A stretch of DNA of 64,000 bases from Candidatus Hydrothermarchaeales archaeon (lineage in GTDB: Archaea; Hydrothermarchaeota; Hydrothermarchaeia; Hydrothermarchaeales; JAZGAD01): the NCBI GenBank assembly GCA_036444275.1, contig JAZGAD010000014.1:1-64000 (forward strand). The letters are read 5' to 3'. A program made the translations under genes and the position numbers. Shown here one piece after another: positions 1-8,082 of the stretch (positions are counted from its first letter, which is position 1; each line of letters begins with the position of its first letter). A model generated the notes under the pieces. The model was not told the DNA's origin. It made no database searches and was given only the letters and a program-made list of their open reading frames with translations.

Positions 1-1
1 G

Positions 2-466
2 GTGGTGAATAAGGCCTTGGGTGCTTTGGAGAGCGTCCTGCAGGCTGTGAGGGGGTTGACTGGCAAGGTTGAGGCGATCTCTGGGTCAAGCCAGGAGCAG
101 AGTGCAGCGTGTGAGAAGGTCGTGGCTGTGATTGATGAGATAGCTGCTTTTGCTGAGGAGGCTGCGGCTGGTACTGAGGAGACCTCAGCGGCTGCTGAAG
201 AGCAGGCGGCAAGCATGGAGGAGTTGACGGCTACTGCCCAGGAGCTGTCAGGTCTTTCTGATCAGCTTCATGAATCGATAGGCAGATTTAGTATAAGAGA
301 GACTGTTATGGCCGAGATAGAACCAGAACCAGTAAACGTAAAAGAGAGGGAAGAGCCAGAGGCCCTTAATCCGGTTGATGGTGGGGAGGCTGGTGGGTCT
401 ACAGTTGAAGCGGCCGGGGTTAGAAAACGAGCTAATCCAAAATCTAGAAAAATAAAAAAAAGGTAA
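2..466 (+). CDS. Methyl-accepting chemotaxis protein, C-terminal part (5' end outside the window)
   Basis: MCP methylation-helix pattern (SQEQSAA...EEAAAGTEETSAAAEEQAASMEELTATAQELSGLSDQL...IGRF) followed by an acidic then basic tail; the frame is open to the window edge. Confidence 0.85.
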   Translation: MVNKALGALESVLQAVRGLTGKVEAISGSSQEQSAACEKVVAVIDEIAAFAEEAAAGTEETSAAAEEQAASMEELTATAQELSGLSDQLHESIGRFSIRETVMAEIEPEPVNVKEREEPEALNPVDGGEAGGSTVEAAGVRKRANPKSRKIKKR

Positions 467-574
467 AGTCGAAAGCCCGATGTTAAGATGTTTTTGGTAG
501 GGTATTACATGAACATATTCTTTCCGTAGCCCTATTAGGGTGAGCAGACGAGGTAACTAGACATTATTGCTTCT

Positions 575-1942
575 CTAACGGATCTCCCAAGGAAACCTGG
601 GATCAAAGTATTCTAATAAGTCTGGCAGAAACTCTTCGGTAAAGGCCTCCTCGTTAATCCTTACTTCAACTCCGCTTTGTAAAGCGCTAGCTACATAACT
701 AGGGATGCCTCTCTCTTCTAGGTCAGGCTGTCCTAAAAACCCCTCTAGGAATTTTAAAGCGTGCACATATCCCCTCCTTAGAAATACGCCCCATCTACCA
801 CCTAAGATGAAAGGCTCTGTCAATCTAGCTTTATTTGCTTCGTGCTTCTCCAGGAACCTTTTTTCGTGTTCAGAATTAACTCCTGGGCCAAGATGGAGTT
901 TGACAGGAGGTATCTCAAGGTCTTCAAGTTCCAGCAGGAGGCATGCCCTCTCTCTAACGAAGAAACTGGCTCCCACCACTCTGAAGTCACTTCTCCTCAA
1001 GAGCCTCTCTAAAGCTCCAAGGGCTTTTTTCATTTGTGGATGGAAGATATCCTCTACTATGTCCGGCTTTAGGAAGAACAGTGCCACGAGATCTGTACCT
1101 CGCTCCCTGAATCTATTCTTGATATCTCCTATTCTTATCTTTCTCTCCCTAGGAACGAAGAACTCCTTCCGCGGTGCCTTAAGGTATTCCTTGGCAGCAT
1201 ATACAAGCCTCCCAAACTTCTCCTCAGATAGTGCGCTGGCCACATTCCTATTGCTGTCTACCGGATCGATGAATATCAGCGGCGATGGAAACTTTTCCCT
1301 CAACTTCTCTGCCCCCTGTCGTGTAGATATCTGAAGCACCTCCCCAGGTTGCCACGATTGTACAGCCTTTAAAACATCCTCGAAGGAGCCGAACTTTATT
1401 ACTAGGAGTTCCGAGAGGTAACCCGAGACGCCTTCCACCTTTGCCTCTGCCCCATAGCAACCTATACCCTTCAAGAACTGCTTCAGGAGCCGCACCTCAT
1501 CCTCCTTTCCCGTGATGTGCTTCCCTACGAACTCCTCATGAAAGGGGGTCCTGTCTACGGCTGATAGTATCTTTGAGGCACTCTCTACAGCATAGCAGGG
1601 AACCAACTCTACATCATATCCCGCGTAGGTGCCCCGTATATAAGGGTGCTCTGCATAGCGCTTCTCAGCCTTCTCGAGGATGCTACCGGCGATATTAGTG
1701 ATTATCTTCTCCATCTCCTTTTTAGCATAGCCAGCCGGGAAAAAGAGGAAGATATCTAGGTCTTTCTCGCTGCGAAGCCAAGTACCCCTAGAAGAAGAGC
1801 CTACTAACCTGACTCGAATGCGCTCGTCTACCTCACTGGCTTTTTCCAAAGTCTTCTCTAGAATCTCTTGAGAAACGTACTGTAGCTCCTTTTCCTCCGT
1901 GGGTGAGGGCCTTACTATGTCTAGAATCCGCTTCATATCCAA
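575..1942 (-). CDS. cca: Archaeal class I CCA-adding enzyme (tRNA nucleotidyltransferase)
   Basis: Motifs LVGSSSRGTWLRSEKDLDIF, RYAEHPY, SAVDRTPFH, YGAEAKVEGVSGYLSELL, DPVDSNRNVASAL; 455 aa. Start is TTG 1942 or ATG 1936. Confidence 0.95.
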   Translation of the reverse strand: MDMKRILDIVRPSPTEEKELQYVSQEILEKTLEKASEVDERIRVRLVGSSSRGTWLRSEKDLDIFLFFPAGYAKKEMEKIITNIAGSILEKAEKRYAEHPYIRGTYAGYDVELVPCYAVESASKILSAVDRTPFHEEFVGKHITGKEDEVRLLKQFLKGIGCYGAEAKVEGVSGYLSELLVIKFGSFEDVLKAVQSWQPGEVLQISTRQGAEKLREKFPSPLIFIDPVDSNRNVASALSEEKFGRLVYAAKEYLKAPRKEFFVPRERKIRIGDIKNRFRERGTDLVALFFLKPDIVEDIFHPQMKKALGALERLLRRSDFRVVGASFFVRERACLLLELEDLEIPPVKLHLGPGVNSEHEKRFLEKHEANKARLTEPFILGGRWGVFLRRGYVHALKFLEGFLGQPDLEERGIPSYVASALQSGVEVRINEEAFTEEFLPDLLEYFDPRFPWEIR

Positions 1943-1986
1943 ATTCTAAGTTAAGTTTTATCTATTTAATACCTACACTATCCCAC

Positions 1987-2871
1987 ATGGAAGCTGAAGC
2001 CCTCAAAAAAATCTTGAAGGAAAAGGGCCCCTTGGTTGGCAAGGAGCTTTATCTTGCATCAGGAGCTCCGGTCTTTGAGCTATGGCGTCTCTCATACCTA
2101 GAGTTTTTAGTGAAAAAAGTTGGAACGCGGTACCTACGTTTTGATAAAAACGTCGATGATTATGCCAGGCTTTCTCCAGCAATAGAGCGGGAGTTCTTAA
2201 CATATTCGGTGGTGGGACTAGAGGAACAGGAAGATAGCCTGAAGGAAATGGCAAAGGCACTGGAGAATGGGATCAAGGAGATAAGCGAGAGGAAGATGAG
2301 ACTGGCGGAAAGGGTTGTGAAAGAGGTATCAGAGGGGCATGATTTGAAGAGCATGTGCTTTGTGTTGGGAGGGGATATCCCCTTGGGTATGGCGCACAGC
2401 GATCCCAGGCCGGAGCGTAGCACTGGCAAGATGGTAGCAGGCTCGGACTTAGATATCGTAGTTGTTGTGCGTGATAGATACCCTGAAGACAACTTGAAGG
2501 AACTTGATGAGGCTATGTATGCGGTGAAGTATTCCCTCCTACGGAGGCCGGTGCAGAAGGAGGAGCTGGACTATTTGGTGAAGAGTTTTTCGAAGGTGAA
2601 GGAACAGGCGAAATTTGACTCTTTTGAGGATATGATCGCCTGTAAGATTCTTCATGAAGGAAAATTACTCCTTGGTAGTAATGACCTTTACCAAGACATA
2701 GTGGAGCTACTGAGACTGAACGATATACCTCCAAAATTGAGCGCGCTGGAGAAGGAAGCAGCCAAAAAGCGAGCAGGAGCCGAAGAATACCTCTTGAAGA
2801 AAGGCGAGATAGGCCAAGAGGAATATATGAAGCTATTCACTACCACCGAGGAATTTGGCGAGATCTTCTAG
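1987..2871 (+). CDS. Uncharacterised Pol-beta-superfamily nucleotidyltransferase-domain protein
   Basis: FVLGGDIPLG...GSDLDIVVVV resembles the NTase G[GS]..DxD signature, with a candidate third Asp in EELDYLVK. ATG 1987 chosen because it avoids overlap with cca. Confidence 0.65.
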   Translation: MEAEALKKILKEKGPLVGKELYLASGAPVFELWRLSYLEFLVKKVGTRYLRFDKNVDDYARLSPAIEREFLTYSVVGLEEQEDSLKEMAKALENGIKEISERKMRLAERVVKEVSEGHDLKSMCFVLGGDIPLGMAHSDPRPERSTGKMVAGSDLDIVVVVRDRYPEDNLKELDEAMYAVKYSLLRRPVQKEELDYLVKSFSKVKEQAKFDSFEDMIACKILHEGKLLLGSNDLYQDIVELLRLNDIPPKLSALEKEAAKKRAGAEEYLLKKGEIGQEEYMKLFTTTEEFGEIF

Positions 2872-2927
2872 GATAGAATTCAATCCCTGTTTTTCTTCGC
2901 TATCAATCATTTATATTCTAACTTCTA

Positions 2928-3470
2928 CTACTCTAAGGTCACTTCCCGCAGGGTAGAATATATGGGCCCCTTGGGTGTGAGGACGCTCTTCTTTAACTCG
3001 ACTTTGCTTACGTGTAATACACCGAAGTTCACGTCCTTGTATTTCTCTAAGAGTGCCTGGAGTTCTTCTTTTCCACGTGGTGACTTAACCCTTGCAATAG
3101 TGAGGTGGGGATGAAACCTATACTCTCTTTTAAACCCCAGTCTCTCCAAATTTTCCTCTAGGTCACAATTCATCTGGATGAATTTATCTGCATTTTCCCT
3201 GAAGCCCACCCAGATCACCCTGATACGCTTGACGCTTGGAAACGCCCCCAGGCCATGTAAATCTACGTTGAAAGGTGAAGTTTTCAAGGAGTTCTTCATT
3301 ACATCATAAATGTCATCGATTTTCTCTTGGGGTATTTCTCCGAGGAAGTTCAGTGTCAAGTGAAGGTTTTCAGGCTTTACAACCTTCGTATCAGCCTTTA
3401 CTGCTCTAAGCTCCTCAAGCACATCCTGTATCTTCTCGTTTCTAAGTGCGACGGCTATGAAACTCCGCAT
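2928..3470 (-). CDS. thpR: RNA 2',3'-cyclic phosphodiesterase (2H phosphoesterase, 2'-5' RNA ligase family)
   Basis: Two HxT motifs (NLHLTLNFLGE, FHPHLTIARVK), GLGAFP, C-terminal SVLTPKGPIY. Confidence 0.93.
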   Translation of the reverse strand: MRSFIAVALRNEKIQDVLEELRAVKADTKVVKPENLHLTLNFLGEIPQEKIDDIYDVMKNSLKTSPFNVDLHGLGAFPSVKRIRVIWVGFRENADKFIQMNCDLEENLERLGFKREYRFHPHLTIARVKSPRGKEELQALLEKYKDVNFGVLHVSKVELKKSVLTPKGPIYSTLREVTLE

Positions 3471-3602
3471 GCATATGTATATCCCTTGTTTTCCCTCTTA
3501 TATTCTATGTGTGAGGATATACGTAATGTTGAGATGAGGTGGGATATACCAGACTATTCTTCCTCAGCAATATTTATCTATCATTGAGGCTTTAATTAGA
3601 CC

Positions 3603-3860
3603 ATGGCGGAGCCCTATTGCCCTAGGTGTGGGGGACGGATGTTCGGTGAGATGGGTATATGCTCCACGTGTGCCAGTGAGCTCAACGAGTCGGCTGCTAA
3701 GAGTAGGAAGAAGCTGAGTATCCTATTCACGATTGTAGCGGTCATCGTAGCGTATTTTGTTTTGAGTAGATGGGGTGCCGCTGGGGAGTTACCAAAAATT
3801 TTTAATACAGTAAGACTCTTAGCGATAAAAGCGGAGGAATCTCTATCCAAACTTTTCTAG
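3603..3860 (+). CDS. Small zinc-ribbon membrane protein
   Basis: CPRCGG...CSTC, then a basic patch and one hydrophobic helix (ILFTIVAVIVAYFVL); TTTATCTA box upstream. Confidence 0.6.
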   Translation: MAEPYCPRCGGRMFGEMGICSTCASELNESAAKSRKKLSILFTIVAVIVAYFVLSRWGAAGELPKIFNTVRLLAIKAEESLSKLF

Positions 3861-4114
3861 ATGAATGGGTTGCTACCCATGCTAAGGAATCCAAAAGAAG
3901 AGTCCGTGATTATGGTGAGGCGCGCCCTGCCAGGCTCGTAAGGCTCAGGCCAGCTGGATTTCCCTTCAAAGAGCACCACAGGAACCACCCTGTAAATGTC
4001 AAGGATGCGAAGCTTTTCGAGACCTATGCCAAAGAGCAATGGATAGGCACAGTAGTTGAGAAAGGCGACTATCTATTCGACCAGCGCGTTATCCCAGATT
4101 TCGCTTTCGAGGTT

Positions 4115-4963
4115 ATGAAGGTTCTACCAGCCTGCGAGGTCATGATCACTGAGGATACCGTGATCAGTATGGAGAAGTGGGATATCGAGAAGTTTTTCAG
4201 AAAAGAGGGCTATACCTTCGAGGACATCATAGGCCACAAGGAGGTGAAGCAGAAGTGCAAGATCGTCATGAAGTACCTAAAGGACCCTCAGAGTTTCGGG
4301 GATTGGGCTCCACGCAACTTCCTCTTCTACGGCCCCCCTGGAACCGGCAAGACAATGGCTGCAAAGGCTCTAGCAAACGAGACTGAGTCATTCTTGCATT
4401 TGGTGAGGGCTACAGATCTTATAGGCGAGTACGTTGGAGATGCTGCGAAGCGCATTCACGAGCTCTTTGCTACTGCAGTAGACCATGCTCCAAGTGTGAT
4501 CTTCATCGACGAGTTAGATGCAATAGGCCTGGATAGGTCGTTTCAATCCATTCGAGGGGATGTCTCAGAGGTAGTGAATGCCCTGCTTACTGAGCTTGAG
4601 GGCGTCCATGAGAATAGAGGTGTCGTTACTATAGCGGCTACGAATAACCCGAACATACTGGATGCAGCCCTTAGAAGCAGGTTCGAAGAAGAGATACAAT
4701 TCAAGCTGCCCGATAGAAGAGAGAGGCTTGCGATTTTGGAGGGCTATGCTAAGAAGCTGCCCATAAAGGTATCTACAAATTTCAAAGAATATGTGAATAA
4801 GACCGAGGGTTTTTCTGGCAGAGATTTGAAGGACAAACTCCTCAAAGTAGCGCTCCACAAGGCAATGTTAGAGGGTGCAGAAGAGCTGTCTAGGGTACAC
4901 TTGGACTCTGCATTGAAGGCTATACCCGGCAGGCCTAGACCGCCAAAAGAGATGTTTGGGTAG
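4115..4963 (+). CDS. Archaeal AAA+ ATPase (single AAA module); true N-terminus probably lies further upstream
   Basis: Walker A GPPGTGKT, Walker B VIFIDELD, second region of homology AATNNPNILDAALRSRF. The frame is open back to 3806 (see findings). Confidence 0.9.
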   Translation: MKVLPACEVMITEDTVISMEKWDIEKFFRKEGYTFEDIIGHKEVKQKCKIVMKYLKDPQSFGDWAPRNFLFYGPPGTGKTMAAKALANETESFLHLVRATDLIGEYVGDAAKRIHELFATAVDHAPSVIFIDELDAIGLDRSFQSIRGDVSEVVNALLTELEGVHENRGVVTIAATNNPNILDAALRSRFEEEIQFKLPDRRERLAILEGYAKKLPIKVSTNFKEYVNKTEGFSGRDLKDKLLKVALHKAMLEGAEELSRVHLDSALKAIPGRPRPPKEMFG

Positions 4964-4978
4964 GTAAGTAGATAAGAT

Positions 4979-4996
4979 AGGGGGATAGCTCCCCCT
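4979..4996. terminator. Short GC hairpin between convergent genes
   Basis: AGGGGG-ATAGCT-CCCCCT inverted repeat between the AAA ATPase and Lrp stop codons. Confidence 0.3.
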
Positions 4997-5462
4997 ACAT
5001 TACCAGGCTGACGTCTTCTTTAACGCAGTCGAATACTATGCTTGCCCTTATCTCGTTTATGCCCTTTATCCTGGTGAGCTGTTTCTCTACGATCTCTCTC
5101 AAGCTCTTGGTATCCTTGGTTCTTATCTTGATTATTATGTCGTATTCGCCCAAGGCCGTGTAGACCTCAGTCACATCCCGGATCTTGCTTAGAGCTCTTG
5201 CTATCTCGGAGGTTCTGCCAACCTCGCATCTCATAGCGATTAAGGCTGTGGTCTCCCTATCATATTCCTTTTGATATACTAGCACAGTGAAGGTCTTTAT
5301 GATTCCTTGCTCCAGCTTCTTTATGCGCTTATGGACTGCGACGTCAGAGATGTGGACATGTTTGGATATATCCTTATAGGGCGTCCTAGAATTCTTCTTC
5401 AAGACCTCGATGATCTTCTCATTGATTTCATCCATAATGCTTACCTTTGGTTTTGCTGCCAA
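4995..5462 (-). CDS. Lrp/AsnC family transcriptional regulator
   Basis: N-terminal HTH (DEINEKIIEVLKKNSRTPYKDISKHVHISDVAVHKRIKKL) plus RAM domain (VTEVYTALGEYDIIIKI). Start is TTG 5462 or ATG 5435; divergent from the RNR cluster. Confidence 0.92.
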   Translation of the reverse strand: MAAKPKVSIMDEINEKIIEVLKKNSRTPYKDISKHVHISDVAVHKRIKKLEQGIIKTFTVLVYQKEYDRETTALIAMRCEVGRTSEIARALSKIRDVTEVYTALGEYDIIIKIRTKDTKSLREIVEKQLTRIKGINEIRASIVFDCVKEDVSLVM

Positions 5463-5665
5463 ATATTCCTAGTCCTCGTGATTCAGCTTTCTAACTACTC
5501 GAATATAAAGTTTTTTATCTTAAGGTTTATTTGGTTCGTTATCCTATATATTTTGCACTAATAGGCTAAAAAACTCTTTTGAAAAGATTTATATAGCGTC
5601 AATTTTATCATCGTATTAACTTTTCAGGCGAACTTTTTTAGCTATTCGAAACAGGATGAAAGAGC

Positions 5666-7834
5666 ATGATCTGTGAGATTCGCAAGCGTGATGGCCGTAT
5701 CGTAGACTTTGATCAGAAGAAGATTGCCGATGCAATACATAAAGCAACTATAGCTGCAGACGATGGCGATGAATCCTTAGCATGGGACCTCTCTGACAGG
5801 GTTGCCGCTATCTTGGACGACAATTTTGATGGTGAGATACCCAGCGTTGAGGATGTACAGGATGTGGTGGAGGAAGTTTTGATTAAATCCGACTATGCTA
5901 AGGTGGCGAAGGCCTACATCTTATATCGTCAGAAGCGGAGCGATGAGAGGGATAAGAAGACCCTCTTGGGCGTAAAAGACGATCTCAAGCTCACATTGAA
6001 TGCAGCCAAAGTTCTGGAAAGAAGGTACCTGAAGAAAGATGAGGAGGGTAATGTGGTTGAGACTTCTAGTGAGATGTTCCGTCGTGTCGCTCGGAATATT
6101 GCGCAGGCAGACCTGCTATATGACCCTAATGCCGATATAGTTGCTACGGAGGAGGAGTTCTATGAACTCATGACCAGCCTATGTTTTATGCCGAATTCAC
6201 CTACCCTTATGAACGCCGGAACAGAGCTTCAGCAGCTCTCGGCGTGTTTTGTTCTCCCAGTCGAGGATTCTATGGAGGCGATATTTGACTCTATAAAACA
6301 CACCGCCCTTATCCATCAGACTGGAGGTGGCACCGGCTTCTCTTTCTCGCGGCTGAGACCCAAGAATGACGTGGTTAAGTCCACTGGTGGAGTAGCTTCT
6401 GGGCCGATATCCTTCATGAAAGTCTTTGATGCTGCTACCGAGGTTATTAAACAGGGTGGGCGTAGGAGAGGCGCCAACATGGGTATCCTCCGCGTTGATC
6501 ATCCCGATATCGAAGATTTCATAGTCGCCAAGGAACGCAACGATGTCCTCAACAACTTCAACATAAGCGTTGGCATCACTGAGATTTTCATGGACGCCGT
6601 AATCAACGATCAGGACTATGAACTCATAAACCCCAAGACCAAGAAATCTATGAAAAAGCTTAGTGCAAGGCACATATTCAACCTCATAGTTAACCGGGCA
6701 TGGAAGAACGGCGAACCCGGTATCATCTTTTTGGATCGTATTAATAACGACAACCCTACTCCGGCCTTGGGTGAGATCGAGAGCACTAATCCATGTGGCG
6801 AACAGCCTCTTTTGCCTTACGAGTCTTGTAATCTCGGCTCCATCAATCTAACGCGCATAGTAACCCATGGTGATGAAGGCAACGTAGCCATCGACTGGAA
6901 CAAGCTTCGCGACACCGTACACAAGGCAGTACACTTCCTAGATAATGTCATAGATATGAGTAAATTCCCGGTGGACAAAATAAGCGAAATGGTCAGTGGC
7001 AATCGTAAGGTTGGTTTGGGTGTTATGGGTTTTGCTGACCTTCTACTCCAGTTGGAAGTGCCCTACAATAGCGAGGAAGCAGTAGCAGTTGCCGATGAGG
7101 TTATGAGCTTCATTAACGAGGAGGCACACATCGCCTCCGTAGCTTTAGCCTGCGTCCGCGGCTCCTTCCCGAATTTCGAGGAAAGTATCTGGAAGAAAAA
7201 GGGCTTAGACGGAATCCGTAACGCCACCCTTACTACTATCGCACCCACAGGCACTATCAGCATCATTGCAGGCGCAAGCAGTGGCATCGAACCGCTATTC
7301 GCCATATCTTACATCCGCAATGTTATGGACGGCACTGAGCTTTTGGAGGCGAATCCCTACTTCGAGGAAGTGGCCAAGAAACGAGGATTCTACAGCAATG
7401 AACTGATGGTGAAGATCGCTCGCAACGGCTCCATCCAAGGCATCCAGGAGATACCAGAGGACGTCCGCCGGGTCTTTGTAACCTCTCATGATATTGCCCC
7501 CGAATGGCACATACACATACAAGCCGCCTTTCAACGCCATGTGGACAATGCAGTATCAAAAACAGTGAACTTCACTCATGACGCTACAACAAAAGATGTC
7601 GAGGAAGTGTACTTGCTCGCATATGAGCTGGGCTGCAAGGGCGTTACGATATATCGCGATGGTAGCAGGGAGGAACAGGTATTGAATATAGGTACTGTGA
7701 ACCATGCTGAGACTGTAGAGGTCAAGGAACCTAAGATTACAGAAGAGGAGGTGCCTTTGGTAACTTACGGAGAAGCATTAAAGGTTTCCCTAGAATACAG
7801 TGGCGGTTGCACCAAGGAATCCTGCAATCTCTAG
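5666..7834 (+). CDS. nrdJ: Class II (adenosylcobalamin-dependent) ribonucleotide reductase with N-terminal ATP cone, copy 1
   Basis: ATP cone (IRKRDGRIVDFD), PNSPTLMNAG, QLSACFV, QGGRRRGANM, STNPCGEQ, ESCNLGS, IAPTGTIS, C-terminal CTKESC. Confidence 0.95.
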   Translation: MICEIRKRDGRIVDFDQKKIADAIHKATIAADDGDESLAWDLSDRVAAILDDNFDGEIPSVEDVQDVVEEVLIKSDYAKVAKAYILYRQKRSDERDKKTLLGVKDDLKLTLNAAKVLERRYLKKDEEGNVVETSSEMFRRVARNIAQADLLYDPNADIVATEEEFYELMTSLCFMPNSPTLMNAGTELQQLSACFVLPVEDSMEAIFDSIKHTALIHQTGGGTGFSFSRLRPKNDVVKSTGGVASGPISFMKVFDAATEVIKQGGRRRGANMGILRVDHPDIEDFIVAKERNDVLNNFNISVGITEIFMDAVINDQDYELINPKTKKSMKKLSARHIFNLIVNRAWKNGEPGIIFLDRINNDNPTPALGEIESTNPCGEQPLLPYESCNLGSINLTRIVTHGDEGNVAIDWNKLRDTVHKAVHFLDNVIDMSKFPVDKISEMVSGNRKVGLGVMGFADLLLQLEVPYNSEEAVAVADEVMSFINEEAHIASVALACVRGSFPNFEESIWKKKGLDGIRNATLTTIAPTGTISIIAGASSGIEPLFAISYIRNVMDGTELLEANPYFEEVAKKRGFYSNELMVKIARNGSIQGIQEIPEDVRRVFVTSHDIAPEWHIHIQAAFQRHVDNAVSKTVNFTHDATTKDVEEVYLLAYELGCKGVTIYRDGSREEQVLNIGTVNHAETVEVKEPKITEEEVPLVTYGEALKVSLEYSGGCTKESCNL
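5978..6042 (+). repeat. 65-nt tract identical to 8401-8465 in the second nrdJ
   Basis: GACGATCTCAAGCTCACATTGAATGCAGCCAAAGTTCTGGAAAGAAGGTACCTGAAGAAAGATGA occurs in both genes. Confidence 0.9.
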
Positions 7835-8082
7835 TGGAAAACGATGAAGAAATTATCTAGAATGAGCTAGGTAGAGCAATGGGAGTTTCTCAAAAAAGAT
7901 AAATGAGTATACGATCTGGGAGTTCGAAGGTGAACACCTCCTAGAACTGAGAAAAATAAATGCTTTAGCGAAGTCAGGGGAAAAGACGTTTAGTTTTTCG
8001 TCGGAGCTAGATATTGAAGTGCTCCAGAATTATTAGTATGCTTTAAGTGAAATAAAAACTACATATCACTATATGGTGTAGT

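Noticed and set aside
3858-3941. Pyrrolysine or stop-codon readthrough at TAG 3858
   Set aside because: Readthrough would add only about 26 codons before a TAA and would not reach the AAA ATPase frame.
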